A stretch of 64,000 nucleotides of DNA from the sequence record MT446386.1; one strand, 5' to 3'. The position numbers were made by a program, and so were the translations under genes. Of the stretch, positions 28,883 through 39,910 are shown piece by piece (the first letter of the stretch is position 1; each line of letters opens with the position of its first letter). The notes under the pieces were generated by a model. It was given only the letters and a program-made list of their open reading frames with translations, was not told the DNA's origin and did not search any database. This DNA comes from Escherichia virus TH06.

Positions 28883-28910
28883 AAAACAATAAAAGGGGCA
28901 CGAAGCCCCT
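28883..28910 (-). terminator. intra-operon hairpin with T-run (attenuator-like)
   Basis: AGGGGC-loop-GCCCCT followed by TTTTATTGTTTTG on minus strand. Confidence 0.4.
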
Positions 28911-28915
28911 TGTTG

Positions 28916-31900
28916 TTATCTCCGCCCGCCAACAGCAAACTCTATCGTTAAACCATTGATAGCAGCATTACTGTTAACATCATTATCTATAACATTATAG
29001 AAAAGGTATGGATGGTTCAGCCTCACAGAGACATGCCTGTCAACACCAATTGTATAAGTCTTCGATGTGTGTGGGTGTCCGTATTCATTTGAGAATTGAC
29101 TACCACCAGCTTCAAATATGTAAGTACCTGAACCGGTTGTCTGAGGCCGGAACCTGTTAATATGCTTCTGATTCCACTCATTAGTCACATTATCAAAATC
29201 TATACCAGTCCTCTCCAACCTCATTTCCAGAGGCTTCTCTATAACAACATCATTTAGCCTGTCATAGAAATAATCAAGAGCACCTACATCCACTTGATAG
29301 AATCCCTTCAAGAATGAACCTACTATCGTAACCCTCTGTCTAAAGTTTGTTGCATCCTTTCTCCAAACGAGTTCTTTAATAGATGGGTCATCCCAAGTGA
29401 TTTCTTGGAAGTCAGACCAGATTGGACCTCTTTCTAAAACAGGAGGATCAACCAGACCAATACACTGAGCATATGGTATAGTACGGAAAGACCAAGTATC
29501 AAACTCGTAGTTCCATACAGCAGCTTTAGTACAAGCGAAGCTTTCTTTTGGCTCCCCCGGTCCTACATAGAGAACCCAAACTTCTTTCTTATCCTGATGC
29601 AAGTGCACTCGAGTTGCTAGAGGGTTAACCAGACACACCTCGTTAATCAGCATATTCTTGACACGGTTAGATGCAATTGACTTCTTGGTTGCACCATTAT
29701 GCAAGATTACATCATTCTGAGTAACTACGAAATGACTACCTTCTACTTCAACCACGCACTCAGGAGCAAGGATACCAGAGTCGTTAAAGAGCTTCTTGAA
29801 CATTAGAGGTTGGTACGTGTTATTAGTCGGAGAACCAATATACGTTTCAAACTCTGTATAAACGAACAAGTAATCTTTAAGAGGTAGGATATCAATCAAG
29901 CTACCATTAGAATCTGCTAGATCAATATAACCAGCATACCCATTCTCTAGAGCCTGAGTCTGACCTACGATGTTAGAAGCTAAGTCCGAAGACACAACTC
30001 GATCATAGGCAAAGTCATCCCACAGTGTAGGAGCCTTGTTCTCATTGGCAAAGTTAGACCAACGAAGACGAAGCGGATAGTTAGTGGTAACACCAGAAGC
30101 ATTAGCTTCTCTCATATTCAGAGCAAAAAGACGGTTGTTAAAAGATCTCACTCTCTCACATTTCCAGTTAAACTTCTTGACTGAAGGGTTTCCATCATTA
30201 TCCACAACTGTTTGCTCACCCCATCCCGGAAGATCTACAAAGTATTCTGATTCGAATTCTTTTACCTGAGGAGTTTCATAGTGAGTTGTAGCAACTGCAC
30301 AGTTAGAGATAACAGCATGATACCAAGGATAGTCATCAAAAGCATCGTAATCTTTTTGAGTCATCTGACTAACAGTACAAGTTACGTTAATCTCTCCTTT
30401 ACGAAGAGCAACCAGTTTGATAGATTTACCAGTAACTGAGGTTGTAGAAACATAACCAGTCTTATCAACAGACCACTGATAGGAGTACTCACCTTCCGGA
30501 GAAGCTGTGGCTGTAACAACAATCTCTTCACCAACATCAAGAGAAGCGCTGACAATATCTAAGGTGACAGATGACAAAGGAGTTGCGAGTAAAGAAGCTC
30601 TTGCAAAACCTTCAATGTCATTCACGTTAGAGTAGTCGTAGAAGTTGTTACCTTCATACATCCCTGACGTATCAATACCGGATGTAGGCTCAGCAAAATA
30701 AACCGTCTCTTCACTTTCAGGAGGAGTTACTACTTCTTCCTCTTGAGTTTCTACTGACTCTGACACAGGAGCGGCAAATGCCATAGCACTTGTTCTCATT
30801 GTCCTTCCAGCTAAATCCACACGTACAATACAGACAGCAACTCTGTTACCTTCTTCAGTGGTAGCTGTAATCTCAGTAAAACCAGCAAGTAGAGCGTTGA
30901 TCGTCCCTTGTGTACTAGTCCCTGATACTGTTGCAATATTTGGATTAGAAGAGGTCCAAGTAATATTTTGATTAGGGGCGTTAGCAGGAGAAAGGGTAGC
31001 AGTTAAGATGTACTGAGAACCTCTACTCACAGTAACATCTGACTGGCTTAAAGAGATACTATCAATCTGAGGGATAGAAACAATCTCACAAGAAGCAGTC
31101 TTAGTCCCGTTATCAGCAGTGATTGTTACATTACCTTCTCCATTCGCTGTAATGACAGCAGTTAAAGAGTTGGCGTTAGGGGTTACGGATACAATAGAAG
31201 CGTTACTGCTGGACCAAGTTACAGGAGTCTTGCCAGTAACAGCCGTGAGAGTAGTAGTCCCTCCCTTACGAATTGTAACAGTATCTTGACTCAAGAAGAT
31301 GCCTGAATCACCATCTATGATATTAACAGCAATCTGAGCCACTACGGATTCATTGGCAGTAGAGATAGTTACTACAAGATTACCCTCTTTCTCAAAAGAT
31401 GTTAGAGTAGCAAGTTTAGAGTCACTAGGGTCTACTGTAATACTTCCATAAGATGAGTTACTAACCTCCCAAACAAGATCAGTATTGTTGGCATCAGCAG
31501 GAAGAAGAGAAACCTCTAGATTCTTGGTCTGATTGAAGTTCATTGAGATGGTTGATTCTTTAGGAACAATCTGAGAAACAACCGGATAAATCTTAATTGA
31601 GGCAGAAGCCTTTTTAGTGACTGTAGCAACCTTACGGCTAATATCAGTCAAGCTTTCATCTGTCAGTTTATATAACTTCTTATCCGTACCTACAACAAGA
31701 AAGCTATTACCTGCGCTATAATAATCGAAAGGCATAGAAATGAAAGACAGAGGGGTTAAATCCTTATCTTCATCTACATAAGAAAGAGGGGCATTGCCCC
31801 CCGTCTTAAATACTCTCTGCTCAACAAACCGAGCATTTATAGCATTAGTGAAAGCATTAGGAGCTAAGTCTGTCGGAGCCTGATCAGCGATAACGCCTAC

Positions 31901-31933
31901 AGCACCTAATGACTTTATTGGATACAGCGCCAT
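28916..31933 (-). CDS. large tail/virion protein with Ig-like (BIG2-type) repeats (1005 aa)
   Basis: Repeated T/S/V-rich Ig-like segments in N-terminal third. Confidence 0.45.
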   Translation of the reverse strand: MALYPIKSLGAVGVIADQAPTDLAPNAFTNAINARFVEQRVFKTGGNAPLSYVDEDKDLTPLSFISMPFDYYSAGNSFLVVGTDKKLYKLTDESLTDISRKVATVTKKASASIKIYPVVSQIVPKESTISMNFNQTKNLEVSLLPADANNTDLVWEVSNSSYGSITVDPSDSKLATLTSFEKEGNLVVTISTANESVVAQIAVNIIDGDSGIFLSQDTVTIRKGGTTTLTAVTGKTPVTWSSSNASIVSVTPNANSLTAVITANGEGNVTITADNGTKTASCEIVSIPQIDSISLSQSDVTVSRGSQYILTATLSPANAPNQNITWTSSNPNIATVSGTSTQGTINALLAGFTEITATTEEGNRVAVCIVRVDLAGRTMRTSAMAFAAPVSESVETQEEEVVTPPESEETVYFAEPTSGIDTSGMYEGNNFYDYSNVNDIEGFARASLLATPLSSVTLDIVSASLDVGEEIVVTATASPEGEYSYQWSVDKTGYVSTTSVTGKSIKLVALRKGEINVTCTVSQMTQKDYDAFDDYPWYHAVISNCAVATTHYETPQVKEFESEYFVDLPGWGEQTVVDNDGNPSVKKFNWKCERVRSFNNRLFALNMREANASGVTTNYPLRLRWSNFANENKAPTLWDDFAYDRVVSSDLASNIVGQTQALENGYAGYIDLADSNGSLIDILPLKDYLFVYTEFETYIGSPTNNTYQPLMFKKLFNDSGILAPECVVEVEGSHFVVTQNDVILHNGATKKSIASNRVKNMLINEVCLVNPLATRVHLHQDKKEVWVLYVGPGEPKESFACTKAAVWNYEFDTWSFRTIPYAQCIGLVDPPVLERGPIWSDFQEITWDDPSIKELVWRKDATNFRQRVTIVGSFLKGFYQVDVGALDYFYDRLNDVVIEKPLEMRLERTGIDFDNVTNEWNQKHINRFRPQTTGSGTYIFEAGGSQFSNEYGHPHTSKTYTIGVDRHVSVRLNHPYLFYNVIDNDVNSNAAINGLTIEFAVGGRR

Positions 31934-31942
31934 AATTCCTCC

Positions 31943-32746
31943 TTAGCTAATACGTCTCCAAATGTGAGCTGCTCTGAATGGTGGCAAAGTGTTAATAGGT
32001 TGACGAGAGATATCATCACGACCAAGACTTACACTACCAGAGATTGTATGAGTATGCGTGTCGTTATCAGTTCTCTGACTGTAACCACCACCCGGACTAT
32101 ACCAGTTTGGTGAGCTGTTATGACCACTAGCATCTCCACGACCAAATACCATATTGTGACTGTGGGTGTTACTGGATAAGGAGAAGCTGGAGCCATTAAC
32201 TGTCATCAAAGGTACGTTCTCTGTTCGAATGGTATTGAAGACACGACCACCAGTACCACCTGCTTGGAACTCAACTCTCTGAGCATTAGGGACAGAGCCA
32301 TCAGGGTTTACTACACCAGTACCCATAATGACACCAGTCACTTTAGCCCAAGAACCAAACCCTAAGGAGATAGAATCACCGGGGTTAATATCTTCTTCAG
32401 TGATGTAGTAAGAGCCAATTCGATAGAGCTTATTCTCCATCCAGTTCTTCATGAACGCTTCCATCTGACCTTTAGTGACAACGTCCTTGTCACCAGTTCC
32501 CGGAGTAACGTTCTTGATCATAAGACCACCAACATCCATTGCATCACCAGTAAACTTGAGCTTCTCTGACATAATCTTAAAGGTGTCAGAATCAATATCA
32601 ACTGGCTCTGTGACATTGGGGAATGTGTTCTGTAGTGTTTGTTTAATGAGGCGGATTTGAGCCGCCCCTTCGTAGATGTAATCCCTGTCTCTAGGATAGA
32701 GTGGGTTTAAATCGGTAATAACTACCGCATTAGTTTCGATAGCCAA
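31943..32746 (-). CDS. tail-associated structural protein (267 aa)
   Basis: Track ORF in tail region. Confidence 0.4.
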   Translation of the reverse strand: MAIETNAVVITDLNPLYPRDRDYIYEGAAQIRLIKQTLQNTFPNVTEPVDIDSDTFKIMSEKLKFTGDAMDVGGLMIKNVTPGTGDKDVVTKGQMEAFMKNWMENKLYRIGSYYITEEDINPGDSISLGFGSWAKVTGVIMGTGVVNPDGSVPNAQRVEFQAGGTGGRVFNTIRTENVPLMTVNGSSFSLSSNTHSHNMVFGRGDASGHNSSPNWYSPGGGYSQRTDNDTHTHTISGSVSLGRDDISRQPINTLPPFRAAHIWRRIS

Positions 32747-32758
32747 AAGGCACCTCCA

Positions 32759-33250
32759 TTAATATTTACCTTCGGTGTAAAGATTAGCTTCTGCAACTCT
32801 TCTATTATGAAGACCCTGACTTCTCTGCTTCTCTCCCTTGACCGTTATTTTATCCCAACGAAGAAATTCGGAATAAACATCCCCCTTAACATCTCCATTG
32901 ATTACTTTCCTTAACTTAGATGTGCTCAAAGCACCACTGCCAACGTTGAAGTTGAAAGAAGTGAGTGCATCAAACTCATGAACTAGTAAAGGAACCTTTA
33001 TGTTCTTCTGAGTAGCACGAACAGAGTCTTGTGTGTCTCTATCTAGCAGAGCTAGACAATCCTCTATAGAATACGTTAATCCTTGTCTAACCGGATAACC
33101 ATTCATATCGCGCGTAGCCCCTACACATATAGTCCAGATACCTGCGGAATCTTTATAAGCCTTGGTTCTCATACCCTCATGCTTCATGATGAATTCCATT
33201 CCAGCTGGGCTTAAGTTTAGTTGTACAGGTGGCAATGCGGCGTTATCCAT
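32759..33250 (-). CDS. endolysin, phage lysozyme (GH24-like)
   Basis: HEGMRTKAYKDSAGIWTICVG and FNFNVGSGALSTS resemble the T4/lambda-type lysozyme signature. Confidence 0.7.
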   Translation of the reverse strand: MDNAALPPVQLNLSPAGMEFIMKHEGMRTKAYKDSAGIWTICVGATRDMNGYPVRQGLTYSIEDCLALLDRDTQDSVRATQKNIKVPLLVHEFDALTSFNFNVGSGALSTSKLRKVINGDVKGDVYSEFLRWDKITVKGEKQRSQGLHNRRVAEANLYTEGKY

Positions 33251-33279
33251 TTCTAACCTCCTTTTGTGGTCCCTTTAAA

Positions 33280-33498
33280 TTAAGGTAGTATCTTTCTCAG
33301 AGCGTTAGATTCAGCATCAGGACAAATAACAACTAGATTATTTTGAATGGTTCGCTGCTTACATTGAGAACTAAGTTTCTCTACTGGAGCAGGTGCTGTA
33401 ACTAATGGATGAACTGCGCTTACAGGGATTGCAGTAGATACCACGACTCCTGCACCTAAACAAACTAAACCATATACAGCTTGTTTCATCATTTTCAT
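33280..33498 (-). CDS. small secreted protein (72 aa) adjacent to endolysin
   Basis: N-terminal signal peptide-like MKMMKQAVYGLVCLGAGVVVSTAIPVSA, Pro-rich mature part with 2 Cys. Confidence 0.4.
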   Translation of the reverse strand: MKMMKQAVYGLVCLGAGVVVSTAIPVSAVHPLVTAPAPVEKLSSQCKQRTIQNNLVVICPDAESNALRKILP

Positions 33499-33590
33499 TT
33501 GAGTGTCTCCTATAAATTAACCTCTTGGGATATATTAGTTTCATTACTTACTAAGGGTACTTACTACTAAAGCCCCCGAAGGGGCTTATC

Positions 33591-35759
33591 TTACTTCTCT
33601 GCTAACTTAGCTTCTAGAACTTCAATACGTTTCAACAGGTCTTGAACAACTTGCATGGTGTCGAGGAGCATTGGAGCTGAGTCTAGCTCTTTCTGTTCTT
33701 GTTCTACACCGTCGTTGTCATGGAACTTACGAGTCTTAACATAAAGAGGTTCTACCTTTTCTGCTTGCTGTGCGATAATACCACGACGAGTTCTTCCTTG
33801 TTCGTCATTGTTGTACACGAATGATTTGAAGTCCAAACCTTTAATCGCACGAATTGCTTCATCAGGCGAGAGATCTTGAATGTTGTGTTTCAACCTTTCA
33901 TCTGACACAGGATTCATAGCAAGAGTATAAGTTCCGGTTGAACTTGGCTGCCAAGTGTAGTAGTAAATCTCGTTCCTGTTTGGTCGGAGAGTTAAACGAC
34001 AACCATATTTGTTGTCTTCATCTCCCGAAACATGCCAACAGGAATCAGCAAAAGATCCAGCATCATTGTGAATCATCCCTACATGGGTAGTAGTTTTGTA
34101 TCCACCTTGGGATGCTTGGGAAGCACTCAGTATAGAGTTAAAAGAGTAGTTAGCACCAACCCCTTGGTTGTCTATAGAAAACGTCCCTCTGCGACTTCCT
34201 GTTTCACTCCAAGACATCAATGTTCTAGACCGAGCAACATATCTATCAGAGTTCAGGGTTCCAGAATCGTCAAAAGCTAATTGCTTGGTAACTCCTTTGG
34301 TTTTATTATAAACATTGATAATCCCATAATAAGCTCCGTCGATATAAGCATCAGTTTGGAGCGTAGTAGAGGCTTCTACTTCTGAACCTATTTTATATTC
34401 AGAAACAACTGAACCGCTAGTTACCCTAGTTCCACCAGCAGGACGGTTTGCATCACTGTTAATAACTGACCAAGAGGTGTTAGCAGCAGTAAAACCACCA
34501 TGCGCACGAATAGTCCAAACACCTACAAAGTTACGGGTCAGAATCTCCTCAGTGGAGCGACCATAAATAGGACTGGAACGCGATGCGTCAAAGTTTGTGG
34601 ATATGTATTTACCTCCAGTCCCCACTGGAGCCACATCGTCTGTAGAGGTGATTGATTGAATTGCCCCGTCAGTCGCCACCTGCCCAGGAGCGGAGGCTAG
34701 TGTTACCATTGTGTGAGGGGACGCATATGTGATGTTCGGTGCAGCAGAATCAAACACTTGACCGTTTGCAGCAGAATTACCACCATCACCACGGCCATAT
34801 AAAGCTCTCAGTGACCCCTCTTGGATGCCATTTCGGTCAGGAACACGGAAAGTTGTTGTACCGTTTCCGGTAGAATACCTACCCCTCTGATAGATATTAG
34901 ACAACCAAAGAGAGTCTTCAATTGGGGATAGCAGTTGTGCATAAGCCCATAAATCTGGGTAGTCAGCACGATTCAAAAGCTGCCCATCCGACACAACCTC
35001 AAAAGCTGGGATGAAAGCTCGACTATCACGTAAGTGGAAATCACCAATACCAAAGTTAGAAATACCACTCATGGTAGGACCACCAGAACCACCACCACTA
35101 TTTCGGAGCTGTCTCAGTGTAACCGCATCATAATCTCCAACTGCATCAGGAACAGTAACGGGTTGAGTGAAGGTTACCTTCTGGGTAAGTTGTTTGATAT
35201 CAGAGTTAATCCCTGTACGAGTAACACCAATAGTCCGACCTTTGGAATCTTTGACATAAGAACCAATTGCAGCAAAAGGCAAATCCTCAATCTCTGGACG
35301 ATACCGTTTAGAATAGACCGGATATTTAGTTTCTACTCCAGAGTCGTTCTGGTCTACTACTTGAAGACGACCAGCAGAATGAATCTCTACACCTTGAACT
35401 GAAGAGGCATAGCTACCAATCTTGATTGAGTTATCGGGAGTAACCTTCATCATATCCACAGACTCTACACCATTAGCACCAGTAGATCGGAAAGGTGTAT
35501 CATTCACAACCCAAGGGTCTGCTCTGAATAAAGCACCAGACATAAGAGGTTGAATTGAATCTAACACGTAGTCCTTAGATGCACCTTCTGTTTTAGTTTG
35601 GTATGTAGCAGCTGCATCGGTTTTCTGTAAGTACTTATCAGTCAGATTCACAGCCCCTGCCTGACCATCTACTGTAGAAACACCAACAACTGCCGCATCT
35701 CTGGTCACAACTACGTGGGGCATCATTATGCCAGATTTGGGCATTAATTCTCTAGACAT
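33591..35759 (-). CDS. tail fiber/spike protein with C-terminal intramolecular chaperone (peptidase S74-like) domain
   Basis: C-terminal SDERLKHNIQDL...GIIAQQAEKVEP motif typical of autoproteolytic chaperone domains. Confidence 0.65.
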   Translation of the reverse strand: MSRELMPKSGIMMPHVVVTRDAAVVGVSTVDGQAGAVNLTDKYLQKTDAAATYQTKTEGASKDYVLDSIQPLMSGALFRADPWVVNDTPFRSTGANGVESVDMMKVTPDNSIKIGSYASSVQGVEIHSAGRLQVVDQNDSGVETKYPVYSKRYRPEIEDLPFAAIGSYVKDSKGRTIGVTRTGINSDIKQLTQKVTFTQPVTVPDAVGDYDAVTLRQLRNSGGGSGGPTMSGISNFGIGDFHLRDSRAFIPAFEVVSDGQLLNRADYPDLWAYAQLLSPIEDSLWLSNIYQRGRYSTGNGTTTFRVPDRNGIQEGSLRALYGRGDGGNSAANGQVFDSAAPNITYASPHTMVTLASAPGQVATDGAIQSITSTDDVAPVGTGGKYISTNFDASRSSPIYGRSTEEILTRNFVGVWTIRAHGGFTAANTSWSVINSDANRPAGGTRVTSGSVVSEYKIGSEVEASTTLQTDAYIDGAYYGIINVYNKTKGVTKQLAFDDSGTLNSDRYVARSRTLMSWSETGSRRGTFSIDNQGVGANYSFNSILSASQASQGGYKTTTHVGMIHNDAGSFADSCWHVSGDEDNKYGCRLTLRPNRNEIYYYTWQPSSTGTYTLAMNPVSDERLKHNIQDLSPDEAIRAIKGLDFKSFVYNNDEQGRTRRGIIAQQAEKVEPLYVKTRKFHDNDGVEQEQKELDSAPMLLDTMQVVQDLLKRIEVLEAKLAEK

Positions 35760-35799
35760 TTATTTCTCCTTAAAGCTCCCCGAAGGGAGCATTATTGTT

Positions 35800-38580
35800 T
35801 CATTTAGAAGGCATCTCAACACGAAGGTCAATCCATCTTCCAGAAGGGATATCAATTGGTTCACCATCCACCACACCTTCTATTACATTACTTGCAAAAG
35901 AAGGAACTCCCTCGTGAGTTCGATGGTAAGTTTTCAGAGTAATATCACCTTCTTCATCAACTTCATAATCAACCCAAAGAAGAGGTAATCCGTTAGAGTT
36001 CTGAGGAATAGAAAAACCACCGTCATTACCACCCCAAGAGGCATCTGAGTTAAACCCTAAGACTCCTGAGATTTTATAGACACCAACATCTAATCTTTCG
36101 GTTGTCACTCCTTGGGCTTGGTCATTAGCTTCAGAAGACCCGTCAGATTTTAGTTTGACTATAGGGGATGCAATTTTAACAAAACCATTAACATCTACAG
36201 TGGTGTTCAAGTCCCGTACTAAGAAATCTCTCCAGTTAGTAATCAAAGCTGGGTCATTGGTTCTTTGACGATACCGAGGAGCTTGGTTGGTAATAGTAGA
36301 GAAACCAATCTGAGACCAGTTACCACCGCGACCTCCTTCTGATATAGTCATAATCTCTGCATAAGAATAAGGCGCTCCATTACCTCCGGGGAAAGGGGAA
36401 ACGTCTTGACTATAGAACCCAATACCTGTTGGTAAATCTTCACTGCCATAAAAAGTTGATTGACCATACTGACAATGCATGGCTCCTAATTTTTCAGAAC
36501 CTTCAGCTGGTGTTTTCCCTCCAGTACCACCACTTATTACTGGCAAGGCTATTCTAGAAGAATCAGAGTTATTGAAATACCCCCAATCTGCATCTGTAAT
36601 AAAGAAGGTATGTTCTCCAGAACCATCCAGCAGTTTTGTGTCTGTTGAACTTTGAACAAGCTTATCCACCTTCAGATTGACACGAGCAGCAGCCTCAGAG
36701 GTCGCTCCTGTACCACCTTGTCCTACCCCTAAAGCTCTCCATGCTGAGTCAGCAGAACTATAAGCCCCCCAAGAGGTGTCTGAAATTGTTAAATATGAAG
36801 ATTTACTAGGAGCCATAACTATGGTTTCATTGCTAGGCTGTAAAAATCTCTCCAAATTTAAGCTAATTCGAGCATCGTTTAATGTGGTTGCTCCCGTACC
36901 ACCTGATTCTATAGCAAAAGGTACAACTTCTTCCGTCCCTGCATTAATAGAAGCAACAAGTCCCGAGTTATCCACTTTGAAAGCATACTCCCCGTTAGGA
37001 GATCTATAACTGTTATAAGATTGAGGATCAGCCTGATCATTACATAAAACCCCCTGGACCAACGCCGACCTACGAAGCGAGCCAATATCGGTAACACCTG
37101 TACCACCCTGAGCAACAGAAAGAGGGGTAGTCAATCCACTAAGGGATGTGATATCAGAGTTAGCGCCTGAAGATGCTGCCCCAACATTAGCAGCTGTGAG
37201 GACTACATTACCATTAGCGTCATCAGGGGCTTTTCCGTTTACGGTTACAATGTAAGGAATCTGAGATTGAACACGACCTTTGTAATTAGCATCTTTATCT
37301 GAATCAGGAGACCTGATAGCCTCACCACCAGTCCAGTCAGGAAGTCGGATACTTATAAAGTTAGTAGAATCTGCATCAGTTATACCATCAGCCAGCTTAC
37401 CCCAAGAGAAATATTGACGAGCACCAGATTGCCATTCAGTTTCAGAAACAACAGGAAGTTGTCCACTGACAAGAGATGGACCTAAGTCTGAAGCAGATTC
37501 TTTAGATACTAGACGACCGTCAGCTGGAAGAACACCCGGATAGGAGATATTCTTCGTTGGGTCATAAGGGAACATCACCATCTCACCAAGATACAGAGAA
37601 GGGTTTCCTGTTGGAATAGTAATGTCAATGTTACCACTGGAATCTGGAGAACGGGAGTTAACAGTAAGGATCCTACCTTCAGTTTTAACAGGAGTTAATG
37701 TTTTGTTAGCAGCAACAGTGTAGAACTCATACTTAGTAGCTTCCCAGACTAAGACTTTCTCACCAACTTGACGATACTGAGCGTCAGCATCAGCTTCTGC
37801 TTTTGATTGGTATGTCTTGGTAGTTTTGTCAAACTTGTCGTTAATCTCTTGACGGCTATACTGAGCAACGTTCAGAACATTCCCTAAACCTACCGTCTCT
37901 TTGTTGATTGTTAAGGCAACCTCTCCATCAAGAGCTGGACCACCGTTAATAGAAACAGAACGAACAGACGGGATTAAGTTGGCAATGTTCTCTAGAGTAG
38001 TCTTGTGGACAGTATTATCATCTTTGTCAACATAGAAACCCAAGTCACCTAACTCTGGAACACCGGTAGGTGCTGTATCCAAATCCTTAACAGAACCATC
38101 CTTTCCGGGATCACCTTCTGGGATACCTAGAGAGATTACACCAGTGTTCGGATTAAAAGAGCCAGTAGCCGGAGTTCCCGGAGGAAGTGTGGTTACATCA
38201 ACGGACATTCCTAACAGAACGTCAAGCTGGTTCTGGACTTCAATAAGTTTCTGATTAATTAGAGCTACAGCATTATTCGCATCTGATACCGCTGCGTTAG
38301 TTTGAGCAATCAAACTCATCAGACGAGCATCTTGATCTTTAAAGTCCTGCTTAAGATCTTCGATATCCTGCTTCATCAGAACACCTTGCTGATACAAACG
38401 TTCTACTTCAGCGATCAGGTCATCAATTGTACCAAACTTAGACTCTGCTAACAGTGCCCAATATTTGGAGTCAGCTGCATATTCTGCGGCTTGCTTATAA
38501 GCTCCAATAGAGCCTTCAGTAGCACCAAACTGCCCAACGTTATTCACTGCATCAGGTGCTTGGTTATTATAAACGATCAT
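35800..38580 (-). CDS. tail fiber protein with phage tail-fiber repeats
   Basis: Four copies of a GGTGxT...AR.NL-type repeat (QGGTGATSEAAARVNL, ESGGTGATTLNDARISL and others). Confidence 0.65.
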   Translation of the reverse strand: MIVYNNQAPDAVNNVGQFGATEGSIGAYKQAAEYAADSKYWALLAESKFGTIDDLIAEVERLYQQGVLMKQDIEDLKQDFKDQDARLMSLIAQTNAAVSDANNAVALINQKLIEVQNQLDVLLGMSVDVTTLPPGTPATGSFNPNTGVISLGIPEGDPGKDGSVKDLDTAPTGVPELGDLGFYVDKDDNTVHKTTLENIANLIPSVRSVSINGGPALDGEVALTINKETVGLGNVLNVAQYSRQEINDKFDKTTKTYQSKAEADADAQYRQVGEKVLVWEATKYEFYTVAANKTLTPVKTEGRILTVNSRSPDSSGNIDITIPTGNPSLYLGEMVMFPYDPTKNISYPGVLPADGRLVSKESASDLGPSLVSGQLPVVSETEWQSGARQYFSWGKLADGITDADSTNFISIRLPDWTGGEAIRSPDSDKDANYKGRVQSQIPYIVTVNGKAPDDANGNVVLTAANVGAASSGANSDITSLSGLTTPLSVAQGGTGVTDIGSLRRSALVQGVLCNDQADPQSYNSYRSPNGEYAFKVDNSGLVASINAGTEEVVPFAIESGGTGATTLNDARISLNLERFLQPSNETIVMAPSKSSYLTISDTSWGAYSSADSAWRALGVGQGGTGATSEAAARVNLKVDKLVQSSTDTKLLDGSGEHTFFITDADWGYFNNSDSSRIALPVISGGTGGKTPAEGSEKLGAMHCQYGQSTFYGSEDLPTGIGFYSQDVSPFPGGNGAPYSYAEIMTISEGGRGGNWSQIGFSTITNQAPRYRQRTNDPALITNWRDFLVRDLNTTVDVNGFVKIASPIVKLKSDGSSEANDQAQGVTTERLDVGVYKISGVLGFNSDASWGGNDGGFSIPQNSNGLPLLWVDYEVDEEGDITLKTYHRTHEGVPSFASNVIEGVVDGEPIDIPSGRWIDLRVEMPSK

Positions 38581-38589
38581 ATTATCTCC

Positions 38590-39339
38590 TTATACACGAG
38601 AAGTACGAATACCATAAATATCAGGCAAGCTGCTCTGAAGTCGAGTCATGTTATTCGGAATTGCGATAGGTGAACCTGAGTACTCTTGTTTCTTATTCTG
38701 TTCTACCATTTCATCAAGGATAGCTTTTCCTAATGCTGACCATTTCTGAACACCATTATCATCTTGAACAAAGAGACAAGCATGACGTAGGGTGAAGTAC
38801 AGAAGAAGTTCTGGTGCTATAGTAAGAATAGTACTAGTATCTGTATCTTCATGGAATTCCGGTGGGTCTGCATAATAGCTAAGAATCACTGAGTTTTCTG
38901 CTGGAATCAAAGGGCTTCCATCATCAGGGTAGTACGGAGTATCTGCTTCGATGCTAGGGTAGAAAATGAAACGACTACCGAAACGAGCAAAGTTGACAGG
39001 TTGGTTATTCCAGTGAGATGGGTTAATTGTTCCATGCTGTCTACGATAGCTAATCTCTTCAGGAGAGGTTACTTGGAAGATTGTGCCATCTTTGGCTCTC
39101 ATCATCCATTGAGCTTCTAAGTAATCAGGAGGAATGTAAGCTACTCCATCTTTAATATCTAAATACACTTCTTTTTCCAGAGGAGGAATACGTAAGTTAC
39201 GATAAATCTCTTTCTCTGCAAAGTTAATAAAGTTTGGAATTTGATTAACAAATTCGTCATCGTCCCTATCTGCCCAGAGGGCCACGGCCTTCTTTAGCCA
39301 CCCATAGGTATTGATGGGGTATTGAACGTCAGGCAACAT
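38590..39339 (-). CDS. virion protein, possible head-tail adaptor (249 aa)
   Basis: Start moved to internal ATG after GGAAGGAGG; position between capsid and fiber genes. Confidence 0.35.
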   Translation of the reverse strand: MLPDVQYPINTYGWLKKAVALWADRDDDEFVNQIPNFINFAEKEIYRNLRIPPLEKEVYLDIKDGVAYIPPDYLEAQWMMRAKDGTIFQVTSPEEISYRRQHGTINPSHWNNQPVNFARFGSRFIFYPSIEADTPYYPDDGSPLIPAENSVILSYYADPPEFHEDTDTSTILTIAPELLLYFTLRHACLFVQDDNGVQKWSALGKAILDEMVEQNKKQEYSGSPIAIPNNMTRLQSSLPDIYGIRTSRV

Positions 39340-39841
39340 AGGATACCTCCTTCCAGTTTGTGCCATTGATTATCAGGCTTATTGTACTTGAAGAGACTCC
39401 AAACTTCCTAGCTAAAGCTCTAGCTCCGAACTGTCTGTCCCTCGGTTTATAGTTCTCTAAACAGAAAAGAACTTGTTCTTTAGTAAGCTTGGAATTAGGG
39501 TTATCCTCAAGATTCCTTGGTGTTGAGAGTTTTGTTTCATAAGCATGTACACAGTTTTCTTGTTGAGTACACCACTCTAGATTCTCAATCCTGTTGTCAT
39601 CTTTTATTCCATTCTTATGGTTGACATAGTCCTTCCCTTCTACTTTAGGAAGAAAGAGTTCAGCTATGACCCTGTGCTCTAGGTATGATTTCTTCTTGAA
39701 GGTTAGTACACGATATCCCTTATTATTAATACATCCAGCACGTTGCCTTTTCTGTTTATTGAATATATTACTCATAGACCAGAAAAGATGCCCTGTATTT
39801 GGGTTATATGTAAAAGCTCCTCTGAAATCTGGCATTGCCAT
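39329..39841 (-). CDS. HNH homing endonuclease
   Basis: HRVIAELFLP...VNHKNGIKDDNRIENLEWCTQQEN HNH motif; free-standing inside structural block. Confidence 0.6.
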   Translation of the reverse strand: MAMPDFRGAFTYNPNTGHLFWSMSNIFNKQKRQRAGCINNKGYRVLTFKKKSYLEHRVIAELFLPKVEGKDYVNHKNGIKDDNRIENLEWCTQQENCVHAYETKLSTPRNLEDNPNSKLTKEQVLFCLENYKPRDRQFGARALARKFGVSSSTISLIINGTNWKEVSYVA

Positions 39842-39874
39842 AGGTTGTCCTCCTTGTTATATGTAGACAAAGAA

Positions 39875-39883
39875 TATACATTA
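39875..39883 (-). promoter_or_regulatory. TAATGTATA element (minus strand)
   Basis: Plus-strand TATACATTA, 34 nt upstream of the HNH start. Confidence 0.4.
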
Positions 39884-39910
39884 CACACTGGCTTGTATAG
39901 GTCTTAAAAC